64,000 nucleotides of DNA from Haloplasma contractile. Its GTDB lineage: Bacteria; Bacillota_I; Bacilli_A; Haloplasmatales; Haloplasmataceae. Below the pieces are notes generated by a model. That model had not been told where the DNA came from, did no database searches, and saw only the letters and a program-made list of their open reading frames with translations. The first letter of the stretch is position 1, and the number at the start of each line of letters is the position of its first letter. Position numbers and translations under genes: made by a program. The stretch spans positions 100,275 to 164,274 of the forward strand of contig JAENYC010000002.1 in the NCBI GenBank assembly GCA_016841945.1, in the 5' to 3' direction. Shown piece by piece: positions 28,394-39,277 of this stretch.

Positions 28394-29065
28394 ATGAAAA
28401 ATCAAACAGTAGGGAATATCGTATCTCAATTACCAAAAGCAAGTGAACTGTTTAAACAGTATAAAATTGATTTTTGCTGTGGTGGTGATAAACCATTAGG
28501 AGAAGTTATTAGGCAACAAAATATCAATGAAGAAGAATTGCTAGAAAAATTAGATGTATTAAGTAAGGAAAAAGATAGTATTAATACACCTGACTTTATT
28601 AATATGTCATCAAGTGAGTTAATTGATTATATTGTAAATACACATCATGTGTTTGTGAGAAATATCTTACCTGAATTAAATGGACTGATTGTTAAAATAT
28701 TACAGGTACATGGGATAAATCATCAAGAATTATTTAAAGTGCATCAGCATTTTTCACTGTTAAAATTAGAACTTGAACAACATTTGATTAAAGAAGAAGA
28801 AATATTATTTCCATTAATAAAAGAGTATGATAAAAATCAATCAAATAAGATATTTGAAGTAATGGAAGAAACAGAGGATGAACATGAAACAGCTGGAAAT
28901 GTGTTAAAAGAATTGAGAAAAATTACAAATGATTATCAGGTTCCAAAAGATGGGTGTACAACCTATTTTATCACCTATAAAAAGTTACAAGAATTAGAAT
29001 CAGATTTATTTCAACATATACATTTAGAAAACAATATCTTATTTAAAAGATTGAGTAAAAACTAA
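28394..29065 (+). CDS. iron-sulfur cluster repair di-iron protein (ScdA/YtfE/RIC family)
   Basis: AGGAGG SD 7 nt before ATG 28394. N-terminal ScdA_N motif LFKQYKIDFCCGGDKPLGEV. C-terminal hemerythrin-like domain with His/Glu residues. Confidence 0.8.
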   Translation: MKNQTVGNIVSQLPKASELFKQYKIDFCCGGDKPLGEVIRQQNINEEELLEKLDVLSKEKDSINTPDFINMSSSELIDYIVNTHHVFVRNILPELNGLIVKILQVHGINHQELFKVHQHFSLLKLELEQHLIKEEEILFPLIKEYDKNQSNKIFEVMEETEDEHETAGNVLKELRKITNDYQVPKDGCTTYFITYKKLQELESDLFQHIHLENNILFKRLSKN

Positions 29066-29083
29066 AATTAATATAGATATATA

Positions 29084-29124
29084 AAATCTTATGGTTTATA
29101 ATTTAAACTATAAGATTTTTTTCT
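29084..29124 (+). terminator. hairpin AAATCTTAT-(17 nt)-ATAAGATTT + T-run
   Basis: Read directly. The loop is long. Confidence 0.45.
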
Positions 29125-29141
29125 ATAAAAAGGAGTCAATC

Positions 29142-30065
29142 ATGAAAAATTTATTTAAAGAAACAATCGATGGATGGCAATCATGGGCCAATATTTTTCA
29201 ATCAATTGAAGCTTTTAGAGATTTAATTAAAGTCATATTTAATAAAGAAAATATACATTATGAATCCGATATTAAAAACCTAACACCAGGGACTAATGCG
29301 GTATTTAAGGTTGGTCATTATGTGATTAAAATATATGCACCGAAAGAATCTACATTCAACACACAAATTGAATATGATAATGAAATAAACGCAATTAAAA
29401 TTGCATACCGGATTGGAATAAATACACCTTTACTCGTCGCAAATGATGAAATACTGGATAAATATTTATTTAAATACATGATAATGGAATATATCGATGG
29501 AAAAGAAGTAGGAAATTTAATCAAAACATATGATTTAAAACAAAAAGAAGATTTTGTTAGAAAATTAAAAAAAAGTGTAGAAAAATATCATCAAGTTAAG
29601 ACATATGATGATATCAATAAGTGGAATATGACATATATTACCCATAATAATAGATGGAAAAAATATCAACCTCATATATTAAATCAAATAATCTCAATCA
29701 TAGAACAAACTGATGTGAAGATAGACACATTGATACATGGTGATTTAACTCAAGATAATGTGATTATTACACCTCAAAATGAGTTGTATATCATAGACTA
29801 TGCAGACAGTTTAGTTGCACCATCTGTTTATGAATTTCCACCTCTTGTGTGCGATTTGTTTGATTTTGATAGGATACTAATTAAGAAGTATTTTAGAAAT
29901 TGGAATTATAATGAGTTTATAGAACAATTATACATAGGAATTTTACTACATGATTTTGGCGCTGATTTTGCTGAACTTATTTTAAAACGTTTTTCAAATA
30001 TAGAAAGTCATAATTTAGAGGATATAATGGATTTAAAGCTGTTACTATATAAAAATTTAAGATAG
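29142..30065 (+). CDS. phosphotransferase-family (APH/choline-kinase-like) small-molecule kinase
   Basis: AAAGGAG SD before ATG 29142. Catalytic-loop-like LIHGDLTQDNVII and the DFG-equivalent IIDYADS. Confidence 0.6.
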   Translation: MKNLFKETIDGWQSWANIFQSIEAFRDLIKVIFNKENIHYESDIKNLTPGTNAVFKVGHYVIKIYAPKESTFNTQIEYDNEINAIKIAYRIGINTPLLVANDEILDKYLFKYMIMEYIDGKEVGNLIKTYDLKQKEDFVRKLKKSVEKYHQVKTYDDINKWNMTYITHNNRWKKYQPHILNQIISIIEQTDVKIDTLIHGDLTQDNVIITPQNELYIIDYADSLVAPSVYEFPPLVCDLFDFDRILIKKYFRNWNYNEFIEQLYIGILLHDFGADFAELILKRFSNIESHNLEDIMDLKLLLYKNLR

Positions 30066-30068
30066 TGT

Positions 30069-30096
30069 AAAGACTAATTTTAGTCTTTTTTTTCTA
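30069..30096 (+). terminator. rho-independent terminator (AGACTA-attt-TAGTCT + TTTTTTT)
   Basis: Read directly. Confidence 0.6.
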
Positions 30097-30166
30097 TATT
30101 TAAATGATGTATTTTTTTAATAGAAATAAGCATGATAAGAATAGTTTAAATTGATGAGGTTTTAAT

Positions 30167-31816
30167 ATGAAAGAAAATATACAAAAACAAATGGAAGAAA
30201 AATTATATCAAAGAAATTATACAAAGCATGGATTTGATTTAAATCCTGTTGTTTCTATTACAACAGGATGTATTGTAATATTGTTATCCATTTATGCTTT
30301 TATATCACAACAAGGTTTATTTAATTTAAGACCTGCAAAAGAAGTATTCGAAGAGGCTAAAAAATTTATTATTACTTGGGGAGATTGGTTATTTATTCTA
30401 TCGAGTAATTTTTTTATCATTTTGTGTATTTACCTAGCAACCTCAAGATTAGGTAAAGTGAGATTGGGTGGGGTACGGGCAAAACCAGAATTTACTAATT
30501 TTAGTTGGTATTCGATGTTAATTTCAGCGGGAATGGGTATTGGATTAATGTTTTGGGCTGTGGGTGAGCCCTTATATCATTCACAAATTATCCCCCCGAT
30601 ATATCAGCATGATAATGGAGATTTTACCGCAATGGCCACCACGTTTTTTCATTGGGGACTTCATCCTTGGGCCATTTATGCAGTGATTGCTTTGGCGCTT
30701 GCCTTTTTTGCTTACAATAAGAAATTACCTTTATCATTACGGTCGGTTTTTTATCCTTTTTTAAAAGAGAAGGTCTTTGGTATTACAGGTGATATCATTG
30801 ATATTTTGGCTGTTTTATCATGTTTATTTGGACTAGCGACTTCATTAGGCTTAGGTGTACAACAAATTAATAGTGGGCTTAGTTATTTAACACCACTTCC
30901 ATATAATACCTATGTACAAGTATTATTGATTGTTATCATTACGGCAGTTGCTACATTATCCGTTGTATCAGGGATTGATAAAGGCGTAAAGTTTTTATCT
31001 AAATTAAATATTAAAATCGCTTTTATATTTATGACGGCTATTTTTCTACTAGGTCCGTCATTTTATATCATTCGTCTATTTATTAATTCCTTGGGAATTT
31101 ACTTTAATGATTTTATAACATCTTCATTTTTCCTTGAAGAAAGTAACGTGTGGCAAGGAGGCTGGACCATCTTTTATCTAGCATGGTGGATTTCCTGGTC
31201 ACCATTTGTTGGGATGTTTATCGCAAGAATATCTAAAGGAAGAACCATTCGCGAGTTTGTGTTTGCGGTTCTCCTTATTCCTTCTATTTTATCTTTTGTT
31301 TGGTTAACGATATTTGGCGGTACAGCAATAAAAGTTAATGAATGGTCAAATGGAAGTTTGTATGGCGTTGTGAATGACCATTTACCAATCGCATTATTTG
31401 AAATGATTAATTTATTAAATATTCCCATTATATCATCGATTATAAAAACCGCTTTATTCATCACTGGAACAGTACTTGTTATCTCATTTTTTGTAACCTC
31501 TAGTGATTCTGGTTCTTTAGTCGTAGATAATATCACATCAGGAGGAAAATTAAATTCTCCTGTTACGCAACGTGTATTTTGGGCCTGTATGGAAGGGTTT
31601 ATTGCGGCCATGTTATTGCTTATTGGTGGAAAAGCTGCGTTGAGCGCTTTACAGGCTGCTGTCATTAGTACGGGATTGCCTTTTGCGATTATATTGACAA
31701 TTATGAGTATATTACTATTAGAAAGTCTTCAACACACATATAGAAAACAAAAGAAGTTTTATGATATTCAAACAGTAAAAAACATCATTAAAAATGATAT
31801 TGAGGAAAAAGAATGA
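30167..31816 (+). CDS. BCCT-family transporter (betaine/carnitine/choline type)
   Basis: 12 TM helices. BCCT signature WTIFYLAWWISWSPFVGMFIARISKGRTIREF. Confidence 0.85.
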   Translation: MKENIQKQMEEKLYQRNYTKHGFDLNPVVSITTGCIVILLSIYAFISQQGLFNLRPAKEVFEEAKKFIITWGDWLFILSSNFFIILCIYLATSRLGKVRLGGVRAKPEFTNFSWYSMLISAGMGIGLMFWAVGEPLYHSQIIPPIYQHDNGDFTAMATTFFHWGLHPWAIYAVIALALAFFAYNKKLPLSLRSVFYPFLKEKVFGITGDIIDILAVLSCLFGLATSLGLGVQQINSGLSYLTPLPYNTYVQVLLIVIITAVATLSVVSGIDKGVKFLSKLNIKIAFIFMTAIFLLGPSFYIIRLFINSLGIYFNDFITSSFFLEESNVWQGGWTIFYLAWWISWSPFVGMFIARISKGRTIREFVFAVLLIPSILSFVWLTIFGGTAIKVNEWSNGSLYGVVNDHLPIALFEMINLLNIPIISSIIKTALFITGTVLVISFFVTSSDSGSLVVDNITSGGKLNSPVTQRVFWACMEGFIAAMLLLIGGKAALSALQAAVISTGLPFAIILTIMSILLLESLQHTYRKQKKFYDIQTVKNIIKNDIEEKE

Positions 31817-32430
31817 TTGTATTAGGTGGCATGATAGGTGTTGGAAAGACCACTATGTCAAATTTACTTGCAAAATCTTTTAATAGTAAGGTATATACTG
31901 AAGAGGTAGAAAACAATCCTATTCTACCGCTTTTCTACACTGCATCTAAAAAAGAAATTGAAAAGTATCGGTATCCCTTCTTACTACAATTATATTTTTT
32001 GAATTCACGATTTAAAAAGATGAAAGAAGCGCAAAAAGATTTATTTAGTATAGTCGACCGCTCTATCTATGAAGATTGGTATTTTGCGAAAGTGAATAAA
32101 GATTTAGGAAGAATAAATCATTTGGAATTTAATATTTATGAAGATTTGTTTTCTAATTTGATTGAGGAAATAAAATCACCTGATTTAATGGTGTATCTAA
32201 CGGCTTCTTTTGAGACCATTATGGAACATATTAATAAAAGAGGAAGAGCGTATGAAAAAGAAAAAAAATTGATTGAATATTTTAGAATTCTTTGGAAAGA
32301 CTATGATGATTGGTTAAAAAATCATTATATATATAGTGATGTTATCATTTTAGATATGGATCGATTTGATGTCATCAATAAAAAAGATGACCAAATAAAG
32401 GTCATCAAAATGATAAAAGATAAATTATAA
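31813..32430 (+). CDS. deoxynucleoside kinase-family protein (dNK/dCK/dGK fold)
   Basis: P-loop GGMIGVGKTT. ENP motif (EVENNPILPLFY). DRS-like (IVDRSIYED). 4-nt overlap with the BCCT gene. Confidence 0.65.
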   Translation: MIVLGGMIGVGKTTMSNLLAKSFNSKVYTEEVENNPILPLFYTASKKEIEKYRYPFLLQLYFLNSRFKKMKEAQKDLFSIVDRSIYEDWYFAKVNKDLGRINHLEFNIYEDLFSNLIEEIKSPDLMVYLTASFETIMEHINKRGRAYEKEKKLIEYFRILWKDYDDWLKNHYIYSDVIILDMDRFDVINKKDDQIKVIKMIKDKL

Positions 32431-32431
32431 G

Positions 32432-32644
32432 TTAAGTGATAGAATCCATTGGATACTGCGATTTCTCTTTTCTGATGTCATCTATTCTAGATGCTAATAA
32501 TTTAATGATATCTTCTATCTCTTTTGATAGTTGATGATACATATTTTTAACCTCCTCATCTTTTTCATTTATTGATGATTTTTTAAAACTAGATAATAAA
32601 TCTTTCGCATCATAAAGTGTTTTTTCTATTTTATTCAGTGTCAT
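32432..32644 (-). CDS. small DUF1657-like protein (70 aa)
   Basis: ATGA overlap with upstream DUF421. Size and coiled character fit the DUF1657 partners of YetF-like proteins (spore-associated). Confidence 0.4.
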   Translation of the reverse strand: MTLNKIEKTLYDAKDLLSSFKKSSINEKDEEVKNMYHQLSKEIEDIIKLLASRIDDIRKEKSQYPMDSIT

Positions 32645-33501
32645 TTTGTATTCAACTCCTTATGATTATCATAATCAGTGTAGGTTTGAATACAATTTTT
32701 AATTTTGTTTACACAAATTTTATACATTTCTTTAACTTCTTGTTGATTTGTATCAAAATAATAAGTCATTAAGTCGTTTTTAAGTTTATGTAGTTTAACG
32801 AATATCATTTGATGAGATTCATCGTTTAAATCGATATAGAATTGTCCACTTTCATCAATTTCAGCAAACATCACTTCTTTAATATCTTTAATCCCTAGAT
32901 TTACTAATTTATCATATAACCATGTTTTGGTTAAATCTAGGTTTTTAAGAACATTTTTGTTTATCTTACCCTCTTCAACAATCAAATGACTAATCCCACT
33001 ATATGAAACATTAAGTTTTAAATCACTAGGTGTTGCAGGTTGTTGATTTCTTTTTTTCAGCACACTAATTTTTCCATCTGTTTCCAAAAATGCATATTCT
33101 ACATCCGATAAGCTAAAGACATTTTTTTCTCGTAATTTTGATAATAGCTCATCTATATTGATTCGTTCTTTTCGCATATTTTTCATCACAATATTTCCTT
33201 TATTGATTAACATTGTTTGATTACCCACTATCAAATTCCTTATGGGTTTACTCTTCAATGATAGATAAGATGTGAGTATTTGATAAAGAGCCAATGCGAC
33301 AACTGCAGGTAGAAGAACTAAGAAATCTTGATTTAAATCTATCGCAAGAGAACCAGTTATTGTTCCAATCGTTATACCTACTATATAATCAAAGAAGGTC
33401 ATTTGTGATATTTCTCTTTTTCCCATTGCTCTTGCCAGGATTAATAATGTGAGATAGGCAAGTGTCACTCTTATTAAAATTAACGCGTAATCTGGCATCA
33501 T
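32641..33501 (-). CDS. DUF421/YetF-family membrane protein
   Basis: N-terminal TM segments (ALILIRVTLAYLTLLILARAMGKRE.SQMT.FDYIVGITIG) followed by a soluble YetF-type domain. Confidence 0.6.
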   Translation of the reverse strand: MMPDYALILIRVTLAYLTLLILARAMGKREISQMTFFDYIVGITIGTITGSLAIDLNQDFLVLLPAVVALALYQILTSYLSLKSKPIRNLIVGNQTMLINKGNIVMKNMRKERINIDELLSKLREKNVFSLSDVEYAFLETDGKISVLKKRNQQPATPSDLKLNVSYSGISHLIVEEGKINKNVLKNLDLTKTWLYDKLVNLGIKDIKEVMFAEIDESGQFYIDLNDESHQMIFVKLHKLKNDLMTYYFDTNQQEVKEMYKICVNKIKNCIQTYTDYDNHKELNTK

Positions 33502-33640
33502 AATATCTCCTTATTTTGTTTTTTACTCTTCTCTATTATTGACTTTATATTAAATACTATTCTATTTTAAAAGTATAAAAATTTGTTGAATGATATGATA
33601 TAATGTATACTATACTAGAATATATAGATTGGGAGGTACC

Positions 33641-34342
33641 ATGAAATACTTGATGAAGAAAGATACATTATATAAAACCTTAAGGTTTATTATGGGGCTG
33701 TTATTTTTATTAAATTTAGTGGGAATATTTATAATCAAAGATGATAGTCAACAAAGTAGATTAGCATTTAATGCCCTACAATCACTTCTATTTGTTATAG
33801 CATCAATCTTACCAGAATTAATTGAGAAAAAAGCCAAAATAAATATTCCTGATTTTATGGAAGTTATTTTTATTTTCTTTTGTATTTGTCATTTTGTATT
33901 AGGAGAAATGATTAGTTTCTATATACGATTTAATTGGTGGGACTCCATGTTACATACATTAACTGGTTCTATGATTGCGATATTAGGTTTTTCAATCGTT
34001 AACTCAATAAGTCAAGAAAAAAGAAGTCTTTATGCTAGTCCTGTTTTAGTTGCGTTATTTGCGGTTTGTTTTTCTGTAACAATAGGTGTGTTATGGGAAA
34101 TTGTTGAATTTTTAGCAGATTATTTTACAGGTTCAAATATGCAACGTTATAAAAATTCTAACACTGGTGTATTATTTGAAGGAAGAAGAGCACTAGCTGA
34201 TACGATGAAAGATTTAATCTTAGATACTTTAGGAGCTTGTTTCATCGCAATAATTGGTTATATGGATATGAAAAAAGAGCGATTGGCTTTTAAAAAATGG
34301 ATGCTTAGAAAAGAAAGGGAAGAATTGAAGAAAGTGAGTTAA
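33641..34342 (+). CDS. hypothetical polytopic membrane protein
   Basis: GGGAGG SD before ATG 33641 (track start is TTG 33629). 5-6 TM helices. Confidence 0.5.
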   Translation: MKYLMKKDTLYKTLRFIMGLLFLLNLVGIFIIKDDSQQSRLAFNALQSLLFVIASILPELIEKKAKINIPDFMEVIFIFFCICHFVLGEMISFYIRFNWWDSMLHTLTGSMIAILGFSIVNSISQEKRSLYASPVLVALFAVCFSVTIGVLWEIVEFLADYFTGSNMQRYKNSNTGVLFEGRRALADTMKDLILDTLGACFIAIIGYMDMKKERLAFKKWMLRKEREELKKVS

Positions 34343-34348
34343 TGATAA

Positions 34349-34385
34349 AAGATGAGTCAAATTAAAATTAAACTCATCTTTTTAA
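34349..34385 (+). terminator. hairpin AAGATGAGT-(14)-ACTCATCTT + TTTTAATT
   Basis: Read directly. Confidence 0.5.
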
Positions 34386-34748
34386 TTACTTATTAGGCAC
34401 GATTTCGAACCATATAGAAGACGTGTTAACGTCATAATTTTTAGATCAATACAAGTTTTTATCAACGAGAGTAAATGTTGCACAACTTTTCATCAACTTT
34501 ACAACAAGGAAATTAATGTCAATTGGTGAGTGATTATTGTTTAGAATGACACTGATTTAATTTGAAATAGATATTTACATCTTCTAATATCTAATGATAT
34601 TATTAATTATAGTTATTAAATTTTTAATAGGGGAGAATTAAATACATCCTGTGGTAACTTTACCAATCATCTTCATCTTTTTTCTGATTATTACTGTTCT
34701 ATTGGTCATATAAAGTTAGGAAAAGAATATCAGTTCACAGCCAATGCA

Positions 34749-35568
34749 TTGTTGTTTTCAATTATTTTAATTTATATTTTAATTTTTTCTATTAATCTAT
34801 ATATTTACAAAATAATAATTGATAAACAATTTAGACAGTATTCACATATCAAACATGACTTCAATGAGTTATATTATTTTTATAAATTAGGTCTTATTCG
34901 TTCATTTTCTGTCTATTTATTAACTTGTATTTTTTGTCATTCTAGTATCCTATTTTTTATGTTTTATAGTTCTTTTTTTCTATTGTTAGTGAGTGTTTAT
35001 AGAATAGTTGGAAATAGGGTATATAATAGAGTGTATTGAAAAAATAAGGAAAGTAAAAGAAAGTGATTTTTCTATACAAGAGAGTGTGGATTTACCATTC
35101 AAATCTTATAAAAGTAAATCAATATTTTTTAAGGTTTTAATCATCACGATTATTCCTTTAATCTTTTTTTCTTATAAAATATTTTCTAACATTTATCAGT
35201 TTGATTATCCAAATGAAATCTTTATTAATAAAGATACAGATATATGTTCGGATAGATTACATTGTTTCAGTTTTGATGATGATCCCATACATTACTATCA
35301 ATTAAAATCTATTGATTTAACCTTAAATCAAGATTTAGAAACGAATGATTTATTATTACTAATAAAATATAATTCAAGTGATTATTACTTAGAAAAGGAT
35401 TGTTATAGTATAGTAAAAGAAGGTAACAGTTATAATATAAACTTTGATTTTACTCAATATTCAACTGAATTTTTTGATTCATTATGGATAGTAATAGTTG
35501 ATAGACATACATTAGAAAGAATTGATAATAAAATTATCACAGATTATAAAATTACCATATATAAATGA
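34749..35568 (+). pseudogene. frameshifted hypothetical membrane protein (ORFs 34749..35039 and 35008..35568 in adjacent frames) in an extremely AT-rich stretch
   Basis: The second ORF has no ATG anywhere (only the track TTG start) and begins right after a stop. A 1-nt indel within 35011-35039 would fuse the two into about 270 aa. Very low GC suggests degenerate or foreign DNA. Confidence 0.35.
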
Positions 35569-35575
35569 TTCTATT

Positions 35576-35603
35576 TTGTAAAACAATTTAACATATAGTA
35601 TAA
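35576..35603 (+). promoter_or_regulatory. sigma-A-like promoter TTGTAA-16-TATAAT for glpK
   Basis: Read directly, about 30 nt upstream of the GGAGG SD. Confidence 0.5.
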
Positions 35604-35606
35604 TAG

Positions 35607-37124
<1,518 letters not shown>

Positions 37125-37125
37125 T

Positions 37126-37680
37126 ATGATTAAACAAACAATAATACCAGTCTTAACAGGTATAAAAGATTGTGAAAGAGTTTCACAATATATAGTAGAC
37201 TATGTCATTGTTATGGATATTCATCTATCTCAGTTAGCGCATTGTTGTCAACTTGTCAAGCAAAGTGGAAAAAAAGTCATTGTTCATCTCGACTTAATCA
37301 AAGGATTAAAAAGTGATGACTATGCAGTGGAGTATGTCATCAATGATTTAAGAGTGGATGGTGTTATCTCTGTAAAAAGTTCAGTTATTGATAAAGTTAA
37401 AAAACTAGGTAAAATAGCAATTCAACGAATCTTTATGATAGATACCCAATCTTATAACAAGAGTATTGCTTTAATTAGTCATTCAAAACCAGATTATATT
37501 GAAATGTTACCTGGTTGTATATTTAAGATGATTAAACGTGTTAGGGATGATATCGGTGTTGATGTTATTGCTGGTGGTTTAATAGAAAATGAAGAAGAAC
37601 ATCAAATGGCAATTAAAAGTGGTGCGATATCCATTACAACATCAAAAGAAAAACTATTAAAGTTGGTAAAAAATAAATAA
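37126..37680 (+). CDS. glpP: glycerol-3-phosphate-responsive antiterminator GlpP
   Basis: 184 aa. VIVHLDLIKGLKSDDYAVEYV aligns with B. subtilis GlpP VFLHVDLVQGLSSD. Lies between glpK and a terminator-containing leader. Confidence 0.7.
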   Translation: MIKQTIIPVLTGIKDCERVSQYIVDYVIVMDIHLSQLAHCCQLVKQSGKKVIVHLDLIKGLKSDDYAVEYVINDLRVDGVISVKSSVIDKVKKLGKIAIQRIFMIDTQSYNKSIALISHSKPDYIEMLPGCIFKMIKRVRDDIGVDVIAGGLIENEEEHQMAIKSGAISITTSKEKLLKLVKNK

Positions 37681-37760
37681 AATAAGACATTTATTCTTAC
37701 ACTTACATATGATATAATAAGAATACAAGTTAATAATGAAGGCGAGAGAATAAGGGAGAA

Positions 37761-37802
37761 GAGCCAAATAGACCTGTAATAGGGTCTTTTTGGCTCTTTT
37801 TT
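37761..37802 (+). promoter_or_regulatory. leader intrinsic terminator (GAGCCAAA-ta-AGACC-tgtaatag-GGTCT-t-TTTGGCTC + TTTTTT) upstream of the G3P dehydrogenase genes; presumed GlpP antitermination target
   Basis: Read directly. Located 30 nt before ATG 37832, with a putative promoter (TATAAT about 37718) upstream. Analogous to the B. subtilis glpD leader. Confidence 0.6.
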
Positions 37803-37831
37803 ACTTGAAAAAGAAGGAAAGGAAGATAAAG

Positions 37832-39277
37832 ATGTACGATGTGATTATTATCGGTTCGGGTATCACTGGGGCTTTCATTGCTCATTTTTTAGCAAAATAC
37901 GATATAAAAGTTTTGGTTTTAGAAAAAGATGTGGAAGTATCAGATGGTGTGACTAAAGCCAATAGTGCCATTATACATTCAGGGTATGATCCTAAACCAA
38001 ATTCTTTAAAAGCCAAATTAAATGTATTAGGTAATAAAATGTATGGAGACATCACAAAAGAATTAAATGTAAATTTTAAACGAATCGGTTCTTATACACT
38101 CGCGTTTGATAAGGAAGAAGAAGTTCAATTAAAAAAATTATATCAGCAAGGAAATAAAAACAAGGTAGAAACTTATTTATTAGGAAAAAAAGAGCTGCGC
38201 GCTAAAGAACCTAATATAAAAGAAACCGTTCGTTTAGGACTATATGCACCGACAACAGGAATCATAGCACCTTGGGAAATAGTCTATGCGCTTTTAGAAA
38301 ATGCGATTTATAATGGTGTAGAGTTAAAAACCAATCATGAAGTAATAGATATTAAGAAAGAGAAGAATATCTTCTGTGTCAAAACAAAAGAAAACACATA
38401 TTATACACGATATGTCATTAATGCATCAGGATTATTTGCCCATAAAATAACTCAAATGGTGACAAATGATGTGGATTATGAAATGAGATATACAAGAGGT
38501 CAATACTATGTGATAGATAGAGGATATGATGATTATGTTAACAGTGTGATTTATCCAACTCCTACAAATAAAGGGAAAGGCGTTTTAATCGTTCCAACGA
38601 TTCATGGAAATATTTTGTTAGGCCCAACCAGTGAAATAGTTGATAATCCAAATGATACAGAAGTGACAAAAGATGGACTTCATTATATTAAGGAACATAT
38701 CGATTATATGATGAATCATACACCATATAAAGGAATTATTCGTTCTTTTTCTGGAATAAGACCTAAAACAAGTAGAGAGGATTTTATTATTGAAGAATTA
38801 AAAGATGTTAAACACTTTATACAAGTTGCGGGTATTGAATCACCTGGTTTAGCATCTGCACCAGCAATCGCAAAGATGGTTGAAGATAGTTTACTTAAAA
38901 AAGAACAATTACCAATGAAAAGTGATTATAGGGTATACAAACAAAAAAATCTAAAAATTAGTGAAAAACCAATTGATGAAATCAATCGATTGATAAAACA
39001 AAATCCTAAATATGGTAAGATTATCTGTCGTTGTGAATCCATTACAGAAGGAGAAATTATCGATGCGATTAAAGGACCTTTAGGAATTAAAACAGTGGAT
39101 GGCATTAAAAGAAAGGTTAGACCTGGTTCTGGACGTTGTCAAGGAGGATTTTGTCAACCATTAATAATTGAAATATTAGCAAGAGAATTAAAGGTCAGAA
39201 AAACAGATATTTTATTAAATAATGTGGGTTCAAATATATTAATTGTTGAAACAAAACAATCTGGGGGTGAAAAATGA
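37832..39277 (+). CDS. FAD-dependent glycerol-3-phosphate dehydrogenase-like oxidoreductase with C-terminal BFD-like [2Fe-2S] domain (GlpA-like)
   Basis: ATG 37832 after AAGGAAAGGAAG. The track TTG 37790 lies inside the terminator hairpin. Dinucleotide fold MYDVIIIGSGITGAFIAHFLAK. BFD-like CRCESITEGEI...GSGRCQGGFC. Confidence 0.75.
   Translation: MYDVIIIGSGITGAFIAHFLAKYDIKVLVLEKDVEVSDGVTKANSAIIHSGYDPKPNSLKAKLNVLGNKMYGDITKELNVNFKRIGSYTLAFDKEEEVQLKKLYQQGNKNKVETYLLGKKELRAKEPNIKETVRLGLYAPTTGIIAPWEIVYALLENAIYNGVELKTNHEVIDIKKEKNIFCVKTKENTYYTRYVINASGLFAHKITQMVTNDVDYEMRYTRGQYYVIDRGYDDYVNSVIYPTPTNKGKGVLIVPTIHGNILLGPTSEIVDNPNDTEVTKDGLHYIKEHIDYMMNHTPYKGIIRSFSGIRPKTSREDFIIEELKDVKHFIQVAGIESPGLASAPAIAKMVEDSLLKKEQLPMKSDYRVYKQKNLKISEKPIDEINRLIKQNPKYGKIICRCESITEGEIIDAIKGPLGIKTVDGIKRKVRPGSGRCQGGFCQPLIIEILARELKVRKTDILLNNVGSNILIVETKQSGGEK

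Noticed and set aside
34395-34420. GGTTCGAAATCGTGCC on the minus strand resembles a tRNA T-loop (GGTTCGAATCC); possible tRNA fragment or att site
   Set aside because: No complementary T-stem or acceptor stem could be built. No intact tRNA or integrase nearby. Likely chance similarity in AT-rich DNA.
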